The translations under genes were made by a program, and so were the position numbers. The notes beneath the pieces were generated by a model, which was not told where the DNA came from, did not search any database, and saw only the letters and a program-made list of their open reading frames with translations. A stretch of 64,000 bases of DNA from assembly GCA_963787125.1 (NCBI GenBank), contig CAWBBV010000020.1, positions 10,393 through 74,392 of the forward strand, read 5' to 3'. The stretch is from an uncultured delta proteobacterium (GTDB lineage Bacteria > Desulfobacterota > Desulfuromonadia > Geobacterales > DSM-12255). Below, piece by piece: positions 1 through 10,003 of the stretch; positions within the stretch are counted from its first letter, which is position 1, and every line of letters begins with the position of its first letter.

Positions 1-80
1 AACCCTTAATATATTCGACTCATTTTGTGCAATCACTAATTAGATCATACTTTTAAATCATCCCCTTAAGGACAAATAAA

Positions 81-221
81 TCAGTTTGAGCCATTAGTGC
101 CATCACCAACAGGACCAGGAGAAGCCATGGTCATCTTAATATTAATTTTTGTGAGAGTAGGTGCGCTCCAGTCGGCTTTTTCACTTGATACTACCGTTTG
201 AACCTCAGTATTTTGATGCAT
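81..221 (-). CDS. Putative lasso-peptide (paeninodin-type) RiPP precursor, 46 aa
   Basis: GGAGG at 232-236, then ATG at 221: MHQNTEVQTVVSSEKADWSAPTLTKINIKMTM-ASPGPVGDGTNGSN. Leader WxxPxL, Thr at -2, core Ala1 with Asp8. The 76-aa ORF-track start overlaps a hairpin and is less likely. Confidence 0.7.
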   Translation of the reverse strand: MHQNTEVQTVVSSEKADWSAPTLTKINIKMTMASPGPVGDGTNGSN

Positions 222-294
222 ATGAACATAACCTCCAAAATTTATTTTCGCCATTCTAATAACATAGAAATTAATTGTCAATAATTTTAAAGCT

Positions 295-328
295 GCTGGG
301 GAGGCGGGCATTTACCCGACTCCCCAGC
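295..328 (-). terminator. Stem-loop between the multicopper oxidase and the peptide gene (terminator or mRNA-stabilising hairpin)
   Basis: GCTGGGGAG.CGGG...CCCG.CTCCCCAGC inverted repeat; only a weak U-tract on the minus strand. Confidence 0.5.
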
Positions 329-348
329 CGATGGTCATTTTACCCAGA

Positions 349-3300
349 TCAATGACCGACAATCTTCCATTGTGAGCCGAGCTGGATATCACTCAAAATC
401 ACACTTGAACTCATTGTCGCATTGTTCATATACCAGAGGAGTTGCTGACCGGTGGAGACTTTCCTCCAGAGGATATCAGCGGTCCCATTGCTATTGAAAT
501 CTCCGACCCCTGCCGCAGACCATGTAGAACCAAGATTCTGCAGGGTTGCAGTACTGGAAACTGTGGTATCATTCATGTACCAGATGGTACTTGTAGAAGT
601 AGAGTCCTTCCTGAAAAGAATATCTGCCTTGCCATCACGATTGAAGTCGCCTACTCCGGCAATGTACGTCAAGGGGTCATTGACGGCAAAAGTAGTTGAG
701 GTCAACACAGCACTGAGAAGCGTGGCATTGTTCATGTGCCAGACAACCTGCTGACCTGTTGTTGCTTTTCTCCAGACGATGTCAGGGTGTCCGTCAGCAT
801 TGAAATCACCTACCCCACCAGCAACCCATGCGGTTCCAAGTGATTGCAGACTTGCCTGCCCGATTTTTGTTGCCCCATTCATGTACCAGATAAGATTTGC
901 GCCCGTTGCTGAATCCCTCCAGAGAATATCAGTATTACCGTCAGAATCAAAATCTCCCTTAGCGACTATTGTCCAAGTAGTGCCTGGTGCTGCCGGCAAT
1001 GCTACTTGAGCTAGCCGTTTATTTGGAGAAGCTCCGTCCATATACCAGATATAGCTCTGGTTAGTAGAAGTGTCTGTCCAAAGGATGTCAACCGTGCCGT
1101 CACCGTTGAAGTCTCCCGGAACTGCAAAAACTGCGATATAAGTTGCATTAGCTACTACATTTGTTGCAGTAAACGCTGCCAAAGTACTTACCACTGCGCC
1201 TGTGTTAGCATTTTTCCAACCGACAAACCTGTAGGCACTGTTCGGTGTCGGCACAGCAGTAACTGCTGTTGCACTGGCATTATAGTTTACAGTCTGAACC
1301 GTAGTACCAGTCAATGTCCCGTTTGCACCAGCGTTGTAGGTAAGTACATATGTCTGGATCGGTGCTGAGCAGTTTGCAGTTGTCCCGGCGTTAAAACCGG
1401 TACATGTCCATGCCCACGGGCCAGCCCCGGTGACAGTTGTCGCAGTTCCAACACCGCACAAGTTGGTAGTCGGAGCTGCTATGGCAGTAAGGCCATTGCT
1501 TGTCCCGCAGACACCTGCCACAGGAGAAGTAGTCGTTGTTGTAACCAAAGATGAAGCTACAGAATCACCGGCTGCATTATACGCCTTAACCCTGTATGTA
1601 AATCGGTAATCAGTTGTTGCTGTCATATCTGCGTAGCTGGTTGCATTAGCTACGGCTCTACCCACTTCTGTAAAAGTTCCGCTAGTTGCGTTACATACAC
1701 TTGGACAGCGTTCTACCTTAAAACCAATCTCGTTTTTTGGATTACCAAGGTTCTGCATCTGACCAGCTACCAGAGGAAGAGCAGGTGTCAGGTCAGTCCA
1801 GGTTACGCTCGGATTAGCAGCATAGGTAAGTGGGGTAGTATTTATCGGCGCATCCGGCACAACTGCAGTGTACTTGAAGATGAAAGGACGCATGAAGTCG
1901 TTCTCTTCGTGTCCGAGTATGTGACAGTGCCAGACGTATTCCCAGTTGAAGCTGTAAACCTGATTGGTAATCGGCGGATTGTACTGATTACCTGTAAGAG
2001 GATCTAGGTTGCTGAAGCTCATGGTAGAACCTACCGGTTCGGTAGGGCTAAGAAGTCTTGAGCTCTCAGGCACACCGAACGGAAGTTTCGGTGCATTGGC
2101 ACGAACGGCAACAATAACGTCCTCAAGGGGATTCATCCTGACAGTCTCTTTCCAACCTACTTCGTTCGCATCTGGAGTCTTGAGAGTACCATCCCAACCG
2201 ACGCGATTGATGAGCTGGACATTGACAAGGTGGAAATGAACAGGATGAGTGTCAACGCCGTTATGCGTAATTTTCCAGATCTGTGTTTCGCCGTCCTCAA
2301 TCTTCTCGGTTGCCGGATCGATATAGGTAAGCGGAACTGTTGTCTGGTTCTGACCATTGGTAAATGGCAGTTCAACACCAAGGGTTGCGTTCATTCTCCC
2401 CCATGGATCGAAAAGTTCCTGAATTGCCTTGTTCTGCACCGGCATTTGAGCCTGCTGCCCGGCAAGAACATTCGTGCGGGTAGTTGCCAGAGTTAGCGGT
2501 ACTGAACCAGGGACATAACCGTAATAAGAGAAAGCATCTCCGGTTGTAAAATTAAAAGTCGGCACATAGAGCGTACCGGTACGAATGTTGGCGTACGTAT
2601 TGGCGGTTATTGACGGGAATGCCGGTGTATAGGCTTTCTGGGCAACTATTGGTTTGGGCTGGGTTGCGGCGTAAGCAGTACTTACGTCAGTCGCAAGAGT
2701 TGCCAGAGATTGCGGAGTACCTGTTACAGAGCCAGCTACTACAATCTGCATGACAGTACGGGTATTGGGGCCTTGACCTGGACGAGTCGTAGCAGCACCG
2801 CCGGCATCAGTAAAGTCCGGGTTACCGGTGTAGTAGTCAATACGTGGATCACCGGCAGGTACCGGAGCAGGTGCATCGTTGTAGAGTATGTAGGTAGTTC
2901 CGGCTTTACCGGTAAAATCTACAATAACGTCAGCACGCTCAGCATTACCAAGGAGGAGTCCGTGCTCGAACATATTGAGTACGGTTACGCTCCGCTTGTT
3001 ATACTCAAAGTTAATCGGCGTTGAAGGGATCGGTACCGGAACCGGAAGAATCCCGCCTTCTGTACCGATCTGAACAAAATCCGGTCCGACTGTAGCCGGT
3101 GAAGGAACTCCCATTGGAAAGAGTCCACCAACCTGAGTTCCCCAACCAGTGCCGAGTATACCGCCTGTAACCGGTATATTAGGCGTTGAGGAGTCAAATG
3201 GGACCATGGCAACTTCAGTAAGACCGGAAAGTGCACAAGTAAAAGTAGCACCAGTACCAACTGAAGGGAAAATTGCCTTTGTAACAGTGGGGACACTGAC

Positions 3301-4956
3301 ATATGTGCCAAAGGTATTCATGACAAAGCCGGTAATTGCTCCGCCAGGACCAATTGCTGTCACCGTTGCCGTTGCTGGTTGAGCGTTTGGAACAGTAGCG
3401 TCAAGCTCGGCAGGAGGGGCTGTGTAAGGGACTATGTTGGCTAAATTAATAACATCGCCGACCGCATAGCCCGTACCTGGAGTTGCAATAGCTGTACAGT
3501 CAATTGCCTTTTTAGCTTGATACAGCCCCAAGTTGAGGAACCTGTCGTTGGCTGCATTGAGTATTCTGAAACGATATGGTTTCGGCTCAACTGTCAGCGT
3601 CGGATAGGCTTTGCCGTTGACAATAGGGGTATCGTTAAAGGCCTCAGGAGTGGTGGTGGCATTACTTCTGTTGTTTACGGCATCCCAGGTCCCATCAGGT
3701 ATGACATAACCTGGGGCGACCGGGAAAGCAGGCCAGAAATAAGGGCCATAATCCCAACGACCGGGGGGGTTGGTGAGATCACCGGAGGTAAGATCCTGAT
3801 TGAATTCATAAACGTTGGGGAACCAGAGATCACCCTCTTGGCCCCAATGGGTAGTATTCCAATTGGCATCCTGAACAAGAATGTCCTTCGGAACAAAGGT
3901 TTTGTCCTGAATTACCAGCGGGATTTCAGGAGCATCCGGCACCAGTGCACGTTCGCTGGCATCTGTCTGCAAGAATGCTGCGGCCATACCGGCGTAAACA
4001 TTCAGACGGGTGGTTCCCATGGCATGGTCGTGATAGAACATGAGGCGACCACTGATGTCATTAGTAAAGTAGAGAGTGCCTGCACCTTTCCCAGCACCTG
4101 GATCAGGCATATCAGGGACTATCGAGAAAGAGTCACCATTTTTGTATTTATTGAGCTCGCCAACCGGAGAAATCCACTGGCTTGGAGTTCCATCGCTGAT
4201 CCAGGGAGTGTCACCGCCATGATGGTGAATGGCTATACGATTTTCAGTATAGTAGGTTGTCTGATCTGGGCCAGTGCCAGCACCCATAAGGGTCTTATCG
4301 ACCGGAATAAAAAGGTCACCGTCAGCTCCCGGTGGAAGCAAGTTCAAATATTTGATACGAACCGGAGTGCCTTTCGCCGCAATAATAACCGGCCCTAGAT
4401 AGCTCGGATTGTCGTAGGCAATAACTGCATTACCGTTTATATCCGCAATTGGAGAACCATTAGGATAGGTAAGCGCAATGCTCCTGCTCTTGGAAATATT
4501 AGCTGCTGTTTGCAACTGCACATAACCACGCAGCTTAGTTGGCTTGGCAAGATCTGTGTGCATCTTCTGACTATACTCGACAACAGCTATCTCATAATAA
4601 TCCGAACCAGGATAAGTAGTTTTATCCGGCTTGGCAATTGACAGATAGCTGCCAGTACACGTTCCTGCAGAAATGTCACAGGGAACCGGAAGCGGATCCA
4701 CAAACTTTCTTAAAGCCGTCCCTGAATCATGAACGCCCCCATTCCAATCTGTCCAGATGCCTGCCGGGCTGTTGGCATAGTAAGTTGGTACGTTTTTTGG
4801 GTTACCGCTCGCATCGGAACTTAATGCAGTCCCGGCTCCGGCAAAAGCGTAACTACTGCCTAAGAGAAGTGTCACCAGAGTTAGCAACACCGACTTAACT
4901 ATCGGTTGCCCTCTCGACATTCGCCATCTGTTCTTCACTAAATGACAATCTTTCAT
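349..4956 (-). CDS. ompB: Large secreted multicopper oxidase, OmpB/MofA-like, with FN3, Cys-rich, InlB-B-like and five FG-GAP-like C-terminal repeats
   Basis: Signal peptide (..SYAFA). All four Cu motifs: [33 protein letters not shown]3 ([12 protein letters not shown]). 5x GDFNxDGxxDIxW. Symbol is by family resemblance only. Confidence 0.8.
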   Translation of the reverse strand: MKDCHLVKNRWRMSRGQPIVKSVLLTLVTLLLGSSYAFAGAGTALSSDASGNPKNVPTYYANSPAGIWTDWNGGVHDSGTALRKFVDPLPVPCDISAGTCTGSYLSIAKPDKTTYPGSDYYEIAVVEYSQKMHTDLAKPTKLRGYVQLQTAANISKSRSIALTYPNGSPIADINGNAVIAYDNPSYLGPVIIAAKGTPVRIKYLNLLPPGADGDLFIPVDKTLMGAGTGPDQTTYYTENRIAIHHHGGDTPWISDGTPSQWISPVGELNKYKNGDSFSIVPDMPDPGAGKGAGTLYFTNDISGRLMFYHDHAMGTTRLNVYAGMAAAFLQTDASERALVPDAPEIPLVIQDKTFVPKDILVQDANWNTTHWGQEGDLWFPNVYEFNQDLTSGDLTNPPGRWDYGPYFWPAFPVAPGYVIPDGTWDAVNNRSNATTTPEAFNDTPIVNGKAYPTLTVEPKPYRFRILNAANDRFLNLGLYQAKKAIDCTAIATPGTGYAVGDVINLANIVPYTAPPAELDATVPNAQPATATVTAIGPGGAITGFVMNTFGTYVSVPTVTKAIFPSVGTGATFTCALSGLTEVAMVPFDSSTPNIPVTGGILGTGWGTQVGGLFPMGVPSPATVGPDFVQIGTEGGILPVPVPIPSTPINFEYNKRSVTVLNMFEHGLLLGNAERADVIVDFTGKAGTTYILYNDAPAPVPAGDPRIDYYTGNPDFTDAGGAATTRPGQGPNTRTVMQIVVAGSVTGTPQSLATLATDVSTAYAATQPKPIVAQKAYTPAFPSITANTYANIRTGTLYVPTFNFTTGDAFSYYGYVPGSVPLTLATTRTNVLAGQQAQMPVQNKAIQELFDPWGRMNATLGVELPFTNGQNQTTVPLTYIDPATEKIEDGETQIWKITHNGVDTHPVHFHLVNVQLINRVGWDGTLKTPDANEVGWKETVRMNPLEDVIVAVRANAPKLPFGVPESSRLLSPTEPVGSTMSFSNLDPLTGNQYNPPITNQVYSFNWEYVWHCHILGHEENDFMRPFIFKYTAVVPDAPINTTPLTYAANPSVTWTDLTPALPLVAGQMQNLGNPKNEIGFKVERCPSVCNATSGTFTEVGRAVANATSYADMTATTDYRFTYRVKAYNAAGDSVASSLVTTTTTSPVAGVCGTSNGLTAIAAPTTNLCGVGTATTVTGAGPWAWTCTGFNAGTTANCSAPIQTYVLTYNAGANGTLTGTTVQTVNYNASATAVTAVPTPNSAYRFVGWKNANTGAVVSTLAAFTATNVVANATYIAVFAVPGDFNGDGTVDILWTDTSTNQSYIWYMDGASPNKRLAQVALPAAPGTTWTIVAKGDFDSDGNTDILWRDSATGANLIWYMNGATKIGQASLQSLGTAWVAGGVGDFNADGHPDIVWRKATTGQQVVWHMNNATLLSAVLTSTTFAVNDPLTYIAGVGDFNRDGKADILFRKDSTSTSTIWYMNDTTVSSTATLQNLGSTWSAAGVGDFNSNGTADILWRKVSTGQQLLWYMNNATMSSSVILSDIQLGSQWKIVGH

Positions 4957-5012
4957 CTGTTACCTCCTGTTGATTTTAAATAAGACAAAGTTAAAATTTA
5001 CTTCAAACGATA

Positions 5013-5516
5013 CTATTTCTCCGTTGGATTTAGTCCTGAAGCTGCCAAACGCTTCGTCCAGCGTGTCTGCCGCGCCTCAAGCCGCGCCTCCACAAAATCA
5101 CTCCGTTTAGGCATCTTTGCCATGTAATCCATCATCTGCTGACCTCTGTTATACTCAGGCTTCTGATTGCTCTCTACTGTAGGCAAAACTTTCTCTTTTG
5201 AAGCTACTGCAATAGTAGTTACTGCATCAGGAACTGCTCTCTCCTTCCCTGAAGCAAGACCAGCTTCACTTTCTTTTTTATTAGCAGTGGGTATGACTGA
5301 CACAGTTTTTTCTGACACTACCTGCTCCGACGTCTTTACGACTTGAGTCGCCGCCTGCCTATGACCCTCTGAACTTATAAGCTTCGGGTCCATGCTCCCG
5401 TCAATTTCAACAACAATTCTGTCAGGGTACTCATGTACATGTACAACTGCTGCATCGGTTACTTTCACCACACACATCACTGAAACTAAACTTAAAACAG
5501 CAGCGATAGTCTTCAT
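5013..5516 (-). CDS. Hypothetical exported protein
   Basis: 167 aa, N-terminal hydrophobic signal, GAGGAGG RBS, low-complexity middle; directly upstream of the oxidase. Confidence 0.65.
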   Translation of the reverse strand: MKTIAAVLSLVSVMCVVKVTDAAVVHVHEYPDRIVVEIDGSMDPKLISSEGHRQAATQVVKTSEQVVSEKTVSVIPTANKKESEAGLASGKERAVPDAVTTIAVASKEKVLPTVESNQKPEYNRGQQMMDYMAKMPKRSDFVEARLEARQTRWTKRLAASGLNPTEK

Positions 5517-5580
5517 TCTTTACCTCCTCACTTTTGCAAGTCAATGATTCATCCATGAAAAGCGGTTATACTTCTTAATT

Positions 5581-5596
5581 ACAATTACCGTGCCCA
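5581..5596 (-). promoter_or_regulatory. Candidate sigma-54 (-24/-12) promoter
   Basis: Minus strand TGGGCACGGTAATTGT versus consensus TGGCAC-N5-TTGC (GT at -12); a sigma-54 activator is encoded 6 kb away. Confidence 0.5.
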
Positions 5597-5709
5597 AAAA
5601 AATAATGGTGTAACCAGCTTAAATCAGGAACATTAACATTAAAGTAAAATGTAAGCGTGTAGTTATTTGCGACAACGTTCCATTAAACTGTACATTATGA
5701 CGACAGTCA

Positions 5710-6102
5710 CTATTTGGGAGAATCCGGTAAGGGGGTATCCTTAGTGACTACATATTCATCGCCGCTACAGATACATTTCCCCGCAATAAATGGCGTTTCT
5801 ATATCGAGAATAATTTTTTTCTCTTGCGGGCTCCTTACCAGCCGCCATCCACCCGGCATCATATAGCTGTTCAACGTCCCGGAAATTGAATTACACCTGG
5901 CCCCACAGAGGGAACGGGCTATTTCAGGAGCATCAGGGCTTGTGGTGTAATCGTACGAGTATGCTTTTACGACAAAGACTGTAGACGTTTCAGCAAAAGT
6001 TGTGTTTGGCAAACCGATAAACACAATTGACACTATAGTAGCCATTACTGTCCTAGCAAAAACTAACCCCATGACGCATAATCCTGCCTGGTTATTCTTC
6101 AA
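5710..6102 (-). CDS. Hypothetical exported Cys-containing protein
   Basis: 130 aa, hydrophobic N-terminus, CGARC and CIC motifs, 4-nt overlap with the upstream gene. Confidence 0.6.
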   Translation of the reverse strand: MKNNQAGLCVMGLVFARTVMATIVSIVFIGLPNTTFAETSTVFVVKAYSYDYTTSPDAPEIARSLCGARCNSISGTLNSYMMPGGWRLVRSPQEKKIILDIETPFIAGKCICSGDEYVVTKDTPLPDSPK

Positions 6103-7808
6103 TGGATCACCCAGTCACTTCTTCTGACAAGCTCAGCCTTTTCGCCCTTGCCAAGCTGAACAATATAGCATCCTTTTGAGGCATAACGCTGCCCCGGACC
6201 AAAGCTGAGCCGTTCATACAAAGGAAACTCCATGTCCGGCATCATTCCGATAGCATCAAGAAGGAAATCCCGATAATATTCGCCCCGCAAATCCATCAGA
6301 GCCTGGCTTTCTACTTGGCTCAAAGCATACGACTGCCTGAGGATTCGCTTTGAGGAACTGTCCAAAGCCGCAGTCTTTACCAACGGCTTAATAAACGTAT
6401 CAAACCTGATATCATCCTGCGGCAGTCGATAGGGATAGGTGAAGAAGGTATATTCTCGGGCATTATCCTTAAGGTTCCAGATAGAATCTCCCAGATAGCC
6501 AGAAGATAGAAGCAGTACACCGGGTCTGGTCTCAGCCGCTGCAAGCGACTCAATTGCAGGCAGGGCATCTGAACCATCCCAGATAACGAGTACGGCAGGA
6601 TTCTCGGTCTTCATAACCCCGGCAAGATATTCCGGAGTCAACGGCTCCTTCTCGGAAAGAGTCATTATGTGCACAGCAGAGTTACCAAGGTTAAGCCAGG
6701 TCTTATTGAAGCCGGCTGCAAGAGCATCTCCCTTTTTAGACCGACGTACTATCTCGACAATTCGCTTGCCTTTGACAAGTTCACCCAGGCTGTTAAGGTA
6801 GCGAGCCGCTGCTTCGCCCTCTTGATAGATACCCTTGGAAAAATAGATGGTATACCAATCCGTATCAGAGATTACCGGGTAGTCAGTAACAGGGAAAAGA
6901 GCGGGTATCCGGTGAGTTTCGCAGAAAGTATGTATGGGTTGCCAATCTCCGCCTGTTATTCCGCCTAGGAGTGCGAAGACAGGCTCTTTTTTATAATATT
7001 CCTCGAGCTGTGATCCCCATGTCTCGGGCGCACCCCTGAGATACCATTTAGAAAGAATCAATTTTTTTCGCAGCAGATCCGGTCCCATCATATTCAAAGC
7101 CATTTTGGTTGTACGCGGATTTTTCTTATAGGCATTGGCAAGGCCGTTCTTCTGCCTGATATAAAACTCTATCCCGGCAAGCATGGCGTCAGAATCTTCC
7201 TTACGAACATCATCTGTTATAACTGTTGCAAAACTTATAGTGCTGTCAGTAACCCCTGGCGGCAAATCTGCCGAAAGACTTTTGAGATACCTTATCAGGA
7301 TATCCATCTCTCTCTTTTCCAGTTTGTAAAGCGGCATAATCGGGTTCATGGTCCGAGCACCAGCGTCTACGCCATCAGTCAGACAGGCAGCTAAAGATTC
7401 ATCCGTATACGCTGGTCGGGGTGCAAGAGCTAAAGCATACCTGCGTACAGCCGGTACTTGCTCAAAACCTTTTTTGAAAAGCTCTCGTGACTTGTAAAGA
7501 CTTTTACCATCTGTTGGGGGTGTAACAACAGTGCCTTCAATCGATCCCAAGCCGCTACGAAGATGACAACTGACACATGTAAAGGATGTTCCCTCAACCG
7601 GCACATCTCTACTCACAAACGCCTTCATAGGAGCACCTGACGGCAGTATCCCATCGCGGTACATCCGCTCACCAAACTGCTGAATTTGTTCCTTTGATAA
7701 CGGAGTTGGCTTGTTTTCTTCACCATGACTTGAAGATACTGTCGTAGCTAACAACATCAAATTCACAATCAGTACAACAATTAGTTGAAACCTATTCATT
7801 GTTTTCAT
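6099..7808 (-). CDS. Mono-heme cytochrome c fused to a periplasmic binding protein (ABC substrate-binding-like) domain
   Basis: Signal peptide, CVSCH, distal MP Met candidate, then a type-I PBP-like fold (PVFALLGG...FCETHRIPALFP). Confidence 0.75.
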   Translation of the reverse strand: MKTMNRFQLIVVLIVNLMLLATTVSSSHGEENKPTPLSKEQIQQFGERMYRDGILPSGAPMKAFVSRDVPVEGTSFTCVSCHLRSGLGSIEGTVVTPPTDGKSLYKSRELFKKGFEQVPAVRRYALALAPRPAYTDESLAACLTDGVDAGARTMNPIMPLYKLEKREMDILIRYLKSLSADLPPGVTDSTISFATVITDDVRKEDSDAMLAGIEFYIRQKNGLANAYKKNPRTTKMALNMMGPDLLRKKLILSKWYLRGAPETWGSQLEEYYKKEPVFALLGGITGGDWQPIHTFCETHRIPALFPVTDYPVISDTDWYTIYFSKGIYQEGEAAARYLNSLGELVKGKRIVEIVRRSKKGDALAAGFNKTWLNLGNSAVHIMTLSEKEPLTPEYLAGVMKTENPAVLVIWDGSDALPAIESLAAAETRPGVLLLSSGYLGDSIWNLKDNAREYTFFTYPYRLPQDDIRFDTFIKPLVKTAALDSSSKRILRQSYALSQVESQALMDLRGEYYRDFLLDAIGMMPDMEFPLYERLSFGPGQRYASKGCYIVQLGKGEKAELVRRSDWVIH

Positions 7809-8377
7809 AATTTAATCCCCGTTTTCTTGCACTCTTCAATAAATTCACTGCTACTGATCAAACCAAAAATTCTTACCCACTTCCCATTACCAGGCATTCG
7901 TATGAACGTAAGTGGCTTGTGATCCATTTTTGTTCTGAAACTTGATTCGAAACTCCTCAGGATAAGGTCAATATCAGCCCGGCTACCGGTGAAAAAATCC
8001 CATCCCGGCTTGGCACGGTACCGTTTAAGATACTCCTTCATCACCTTCGGGGTATCGTTTTCAGGGTCTATCGAGATGGAAACAAGCTGCACCTTTCCAG
8101 AATCAGTCCCAAGTCGATTCTGGAGATTTGCATAGCCAGCAGAGAGCACCGGACATATCGTTGTGCAAGTGCCATAAACAAAATCTACAATGATCGTTTT
8201 TTTGGAATCTGTAAAAGATTTGAATCTAACCTTATTCCCATCTTGATTAACAAGCGTTACATCCGGCATTGTGTAGCTCTCAACTGTACGGCTATATGTT
8301 TTCCCCCCGGCGAAAGCAGTAAAAGGTAATGATAAAAAAAACAACGCCGGTAAAATAATCATCTTTTTTAGTATCAT
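7805..8377 (-). CDS. SCO1/SenC family copper chaperone
   Basis: CTTIC (CxxxC), ISIDPENDTP, downstream His (MDH); signal peptide. Confidence 0.9.
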   Translation of the reverse strand: MILKKMIILPALFFLSLPFTAFAGGKTYSRTVESYTMPDVTLVNQDGNKVRFKSFTDSKKTIIVDFVYGTCTTICPVLSAGYANLQNRLGTDSGKVQLVSISIDPENDTPKVMKEYLKRYRAKPGWDFFTGSRADIDLILRSFESSFRTKMDHKPLTFIRMPGNGKWVRIFGLISSSEFIEECKKTGIKL

Positions 8378-8518
8378 TAATTTTCCTTTCTAGTTCTCGC
8401 TTTTTTTGAAACATTGTTGCACTATATCATTTTTTAACTATTTTGCAAACGGGCTGAACAATTTAGCTTATTTTACTGTTCTACAACCAAAAGATGGAAA
8501 TCTTGAAGATGGCAATCT

Positions 8519-8547
8519 TTGACATGACACGACAAACTATATAAACT
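8519..8547 (+). promoter_or_regulatory. Sigma-70-type promoter of the ABC operon
   Basis: TTGACA (8519-8524), 17 nt, TAAACT (8542-8547). Confidence 0.6.
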
Positions 8548-8581
8548 TGCGCCCGTAAACGTCATTTTTCCGGAGGAAGCC

Positions 8582-8869
8582 ATTCGTCACTCAACCTCAT
8601 TCATCATCTTTACCGGTGCAAATTTCCTGCTGATACTGCTACTTGCTGGGCATGCGGTTTCACGTCAAGCACCTGAAGCCCCGGAGAACACCACCCTCGC
8701 CCGAAGGCTTAAGCTGACTGACCTCTGCCTTTTTACCGAAGCCCGCTACACCCGCCACCCGGCCATGGCAGACAACCACGCCGCTTTTCAGGAACATCCT
8801 ACCGCCTTCGATCATTTCCCCTCCGGGTCAATGCTCATGCCGCGAAAACCTGGCAGGATAACCGAATGA
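8582..8869 (+). CDS. Small single-TM His-rich protein with apparent ATT start (absent from the ORF track)
   Basis: GGAGG 8572-8576, ATT at 8582, open for 95 codons: xRHSTSFIIFTGANFLLILLLAGHA...LTDLCLFTEARYTRHPAMADNHAAFQEHPTAFDHFPSGS...; stop overlaps the next ATG (ATGA). Confidence 0.7.
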   Translation: MRHSTSFIIFTGANFLLILLLAGHAVSRQAPEAPENTTLARRLKLTDLCLFTEARYTRHPAMADNHAAFQEHPTAFDHFPSGSMLMPRKPGRITE

Positions 8870-10002
8870 CTCATTTTATCAACCGCCAGCGTAACATCCT
8901 CGATTTTGCCATCTCTTCTCTACTCAGAAGAAAGCTGAAAAACCTCTCGCTGCTCTTATTATACACTCTCATTGTGGCACTTGTCGCGTCGCTGATCTTT
9001 TTTATCCAGTCACTGAAGCGCGAAGCCAGCCTGCTGCTAAAAGATGCCCCGGATATAATCGTCCAGCAGCTAATCGCTGGCCGGCATGAGCTGATTCGAT
9101 TAGATAAAATCCAACTGATAGCGTCTCTACGTGGTGTAACCGAGGTATCACCCCGTTATTGGGGCTACTATTACGACCCTGTTTTTGGTGCCAACTACAC
9201 CGTCATTGCTGATGAGTCGCTCGCCGCTGAACCGGACAAGGCAATTATCGGCCAAGGGGTTGCCAGAAACCAGCGAATCAGTACCGGGGATATATTCACT
9301 CTGCGAAATGCGGCCAACTCTCCTGCCCTGCTTACCGTTAAAAAAATCCTGCCGTATGACTCGGAGCTGCTTGCTTCTGACACTATTCTGCTCGCCTCAG
9401 CTGAATTTTTCAAGCTTTTCGGCTTCCCGAAAGGCTACGCTACCGACCTGGCAGTGACTGTTGCCAACCCCCGTGAAATGGTCACTATAGCCGGTAAAAT
9501 TGCCGAGCTCATCCCGAACAGTCGGCCAATTCTGAAAAGCGAGATTTTGAGAACCTATGACTCCATCTTTGATTGGCGGGGCGGGATGCTGGTGACGATC
9601 CTGTTTGTTTCGATCCTCTCCTTTGTCATCTTCGCCTGGGACAAAGCTGCCGGGCTATCGGCCGAGGAGCGCAGAGAAACCGGCATTCTCAAGTCAATCG
9701 GCTGGGAAACTTCTGACATACTCCTTTTAAAGTTCTGGGAAGGTTCAGCTGTATCACTAACAGCTTTTCTTCTCGGTAGTGCCGCTGCCTATATTCATGT
9801 TTTTTACTTTTCAGCGCCACTCTTTGCACCGGCTTTAAAAGGTTGGAGCATCCTGTACCCGGCATTCAACCTCAAACCGCACATTGATTTGTATCAAATC
9901 TCAATCCTTTTTTTCCTTACGGTCATGCCCTATACTGCCGCGACCATTCTCCCGTCCTGGCTTGCGGCCACAACCGACGCAGATAGCGCGATGAGGTCTT
10001 AA
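8866..10002 (+). CDS. ABC transporter permease, FtsX/LolE/MacB-like
   Basis: N-terminal TM, periplasmic domain, ERRETGILKSIGW motif, C-terminal TMs. Confidence 0.85.
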   Translation: MTHFINRQRNILDFAISSLLRRKLKNLSLLLLYTLIVALVASLIFFIQSLKREASLLLKDAPDIIVQQLIAGRHELIRLDKIQLIASLRGVTEVSPRYWGYYYDPVFGANYTVIADESLAAEPDKAIIGQGVARNQRISTGDIFTLRNAANSPALLTVKKILPYDSELLASDTILLASAEFFKLFGFPKGYATDLAVTVANPREMVTIAGKIAELIPNSRPILKSEILRTYDSIFDWRGGMLVTILFVSILSFVIFAWDKAAGLSAEERRETGILKSIGWETSDILLLKFWEGSAVSLTAFLLGSAAAYIHVFYFSAPLFAPALKGWSILYPAFNLKPHIDLYQISILFFLTVMPYTAATILPSWLAATTDADSAMRS

Positions 10003-10003
10003 C

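Noticed and set aside
1..80. Start of a lasso maturase gene downstream of the precursor
   Set aside because: The three minus-strand ATGs hit stops within six codons; only an RBS-less GTG at 36 stays open, too little to call.
222..311. 76-aa extended version of the peptide ORF
   Set aside because: The upstream ATG lies in a hairpin without an RBS; GGAGG precedes ATG 221.
3517..4398. 293-aa plus-strand ORF and other long antisense ORFs (15814-16449, 22002-22715, 29749-30564, 62377-63237)
   Set aside because: They lie essentially opposite well-supported genes and show no recognisable motifs.
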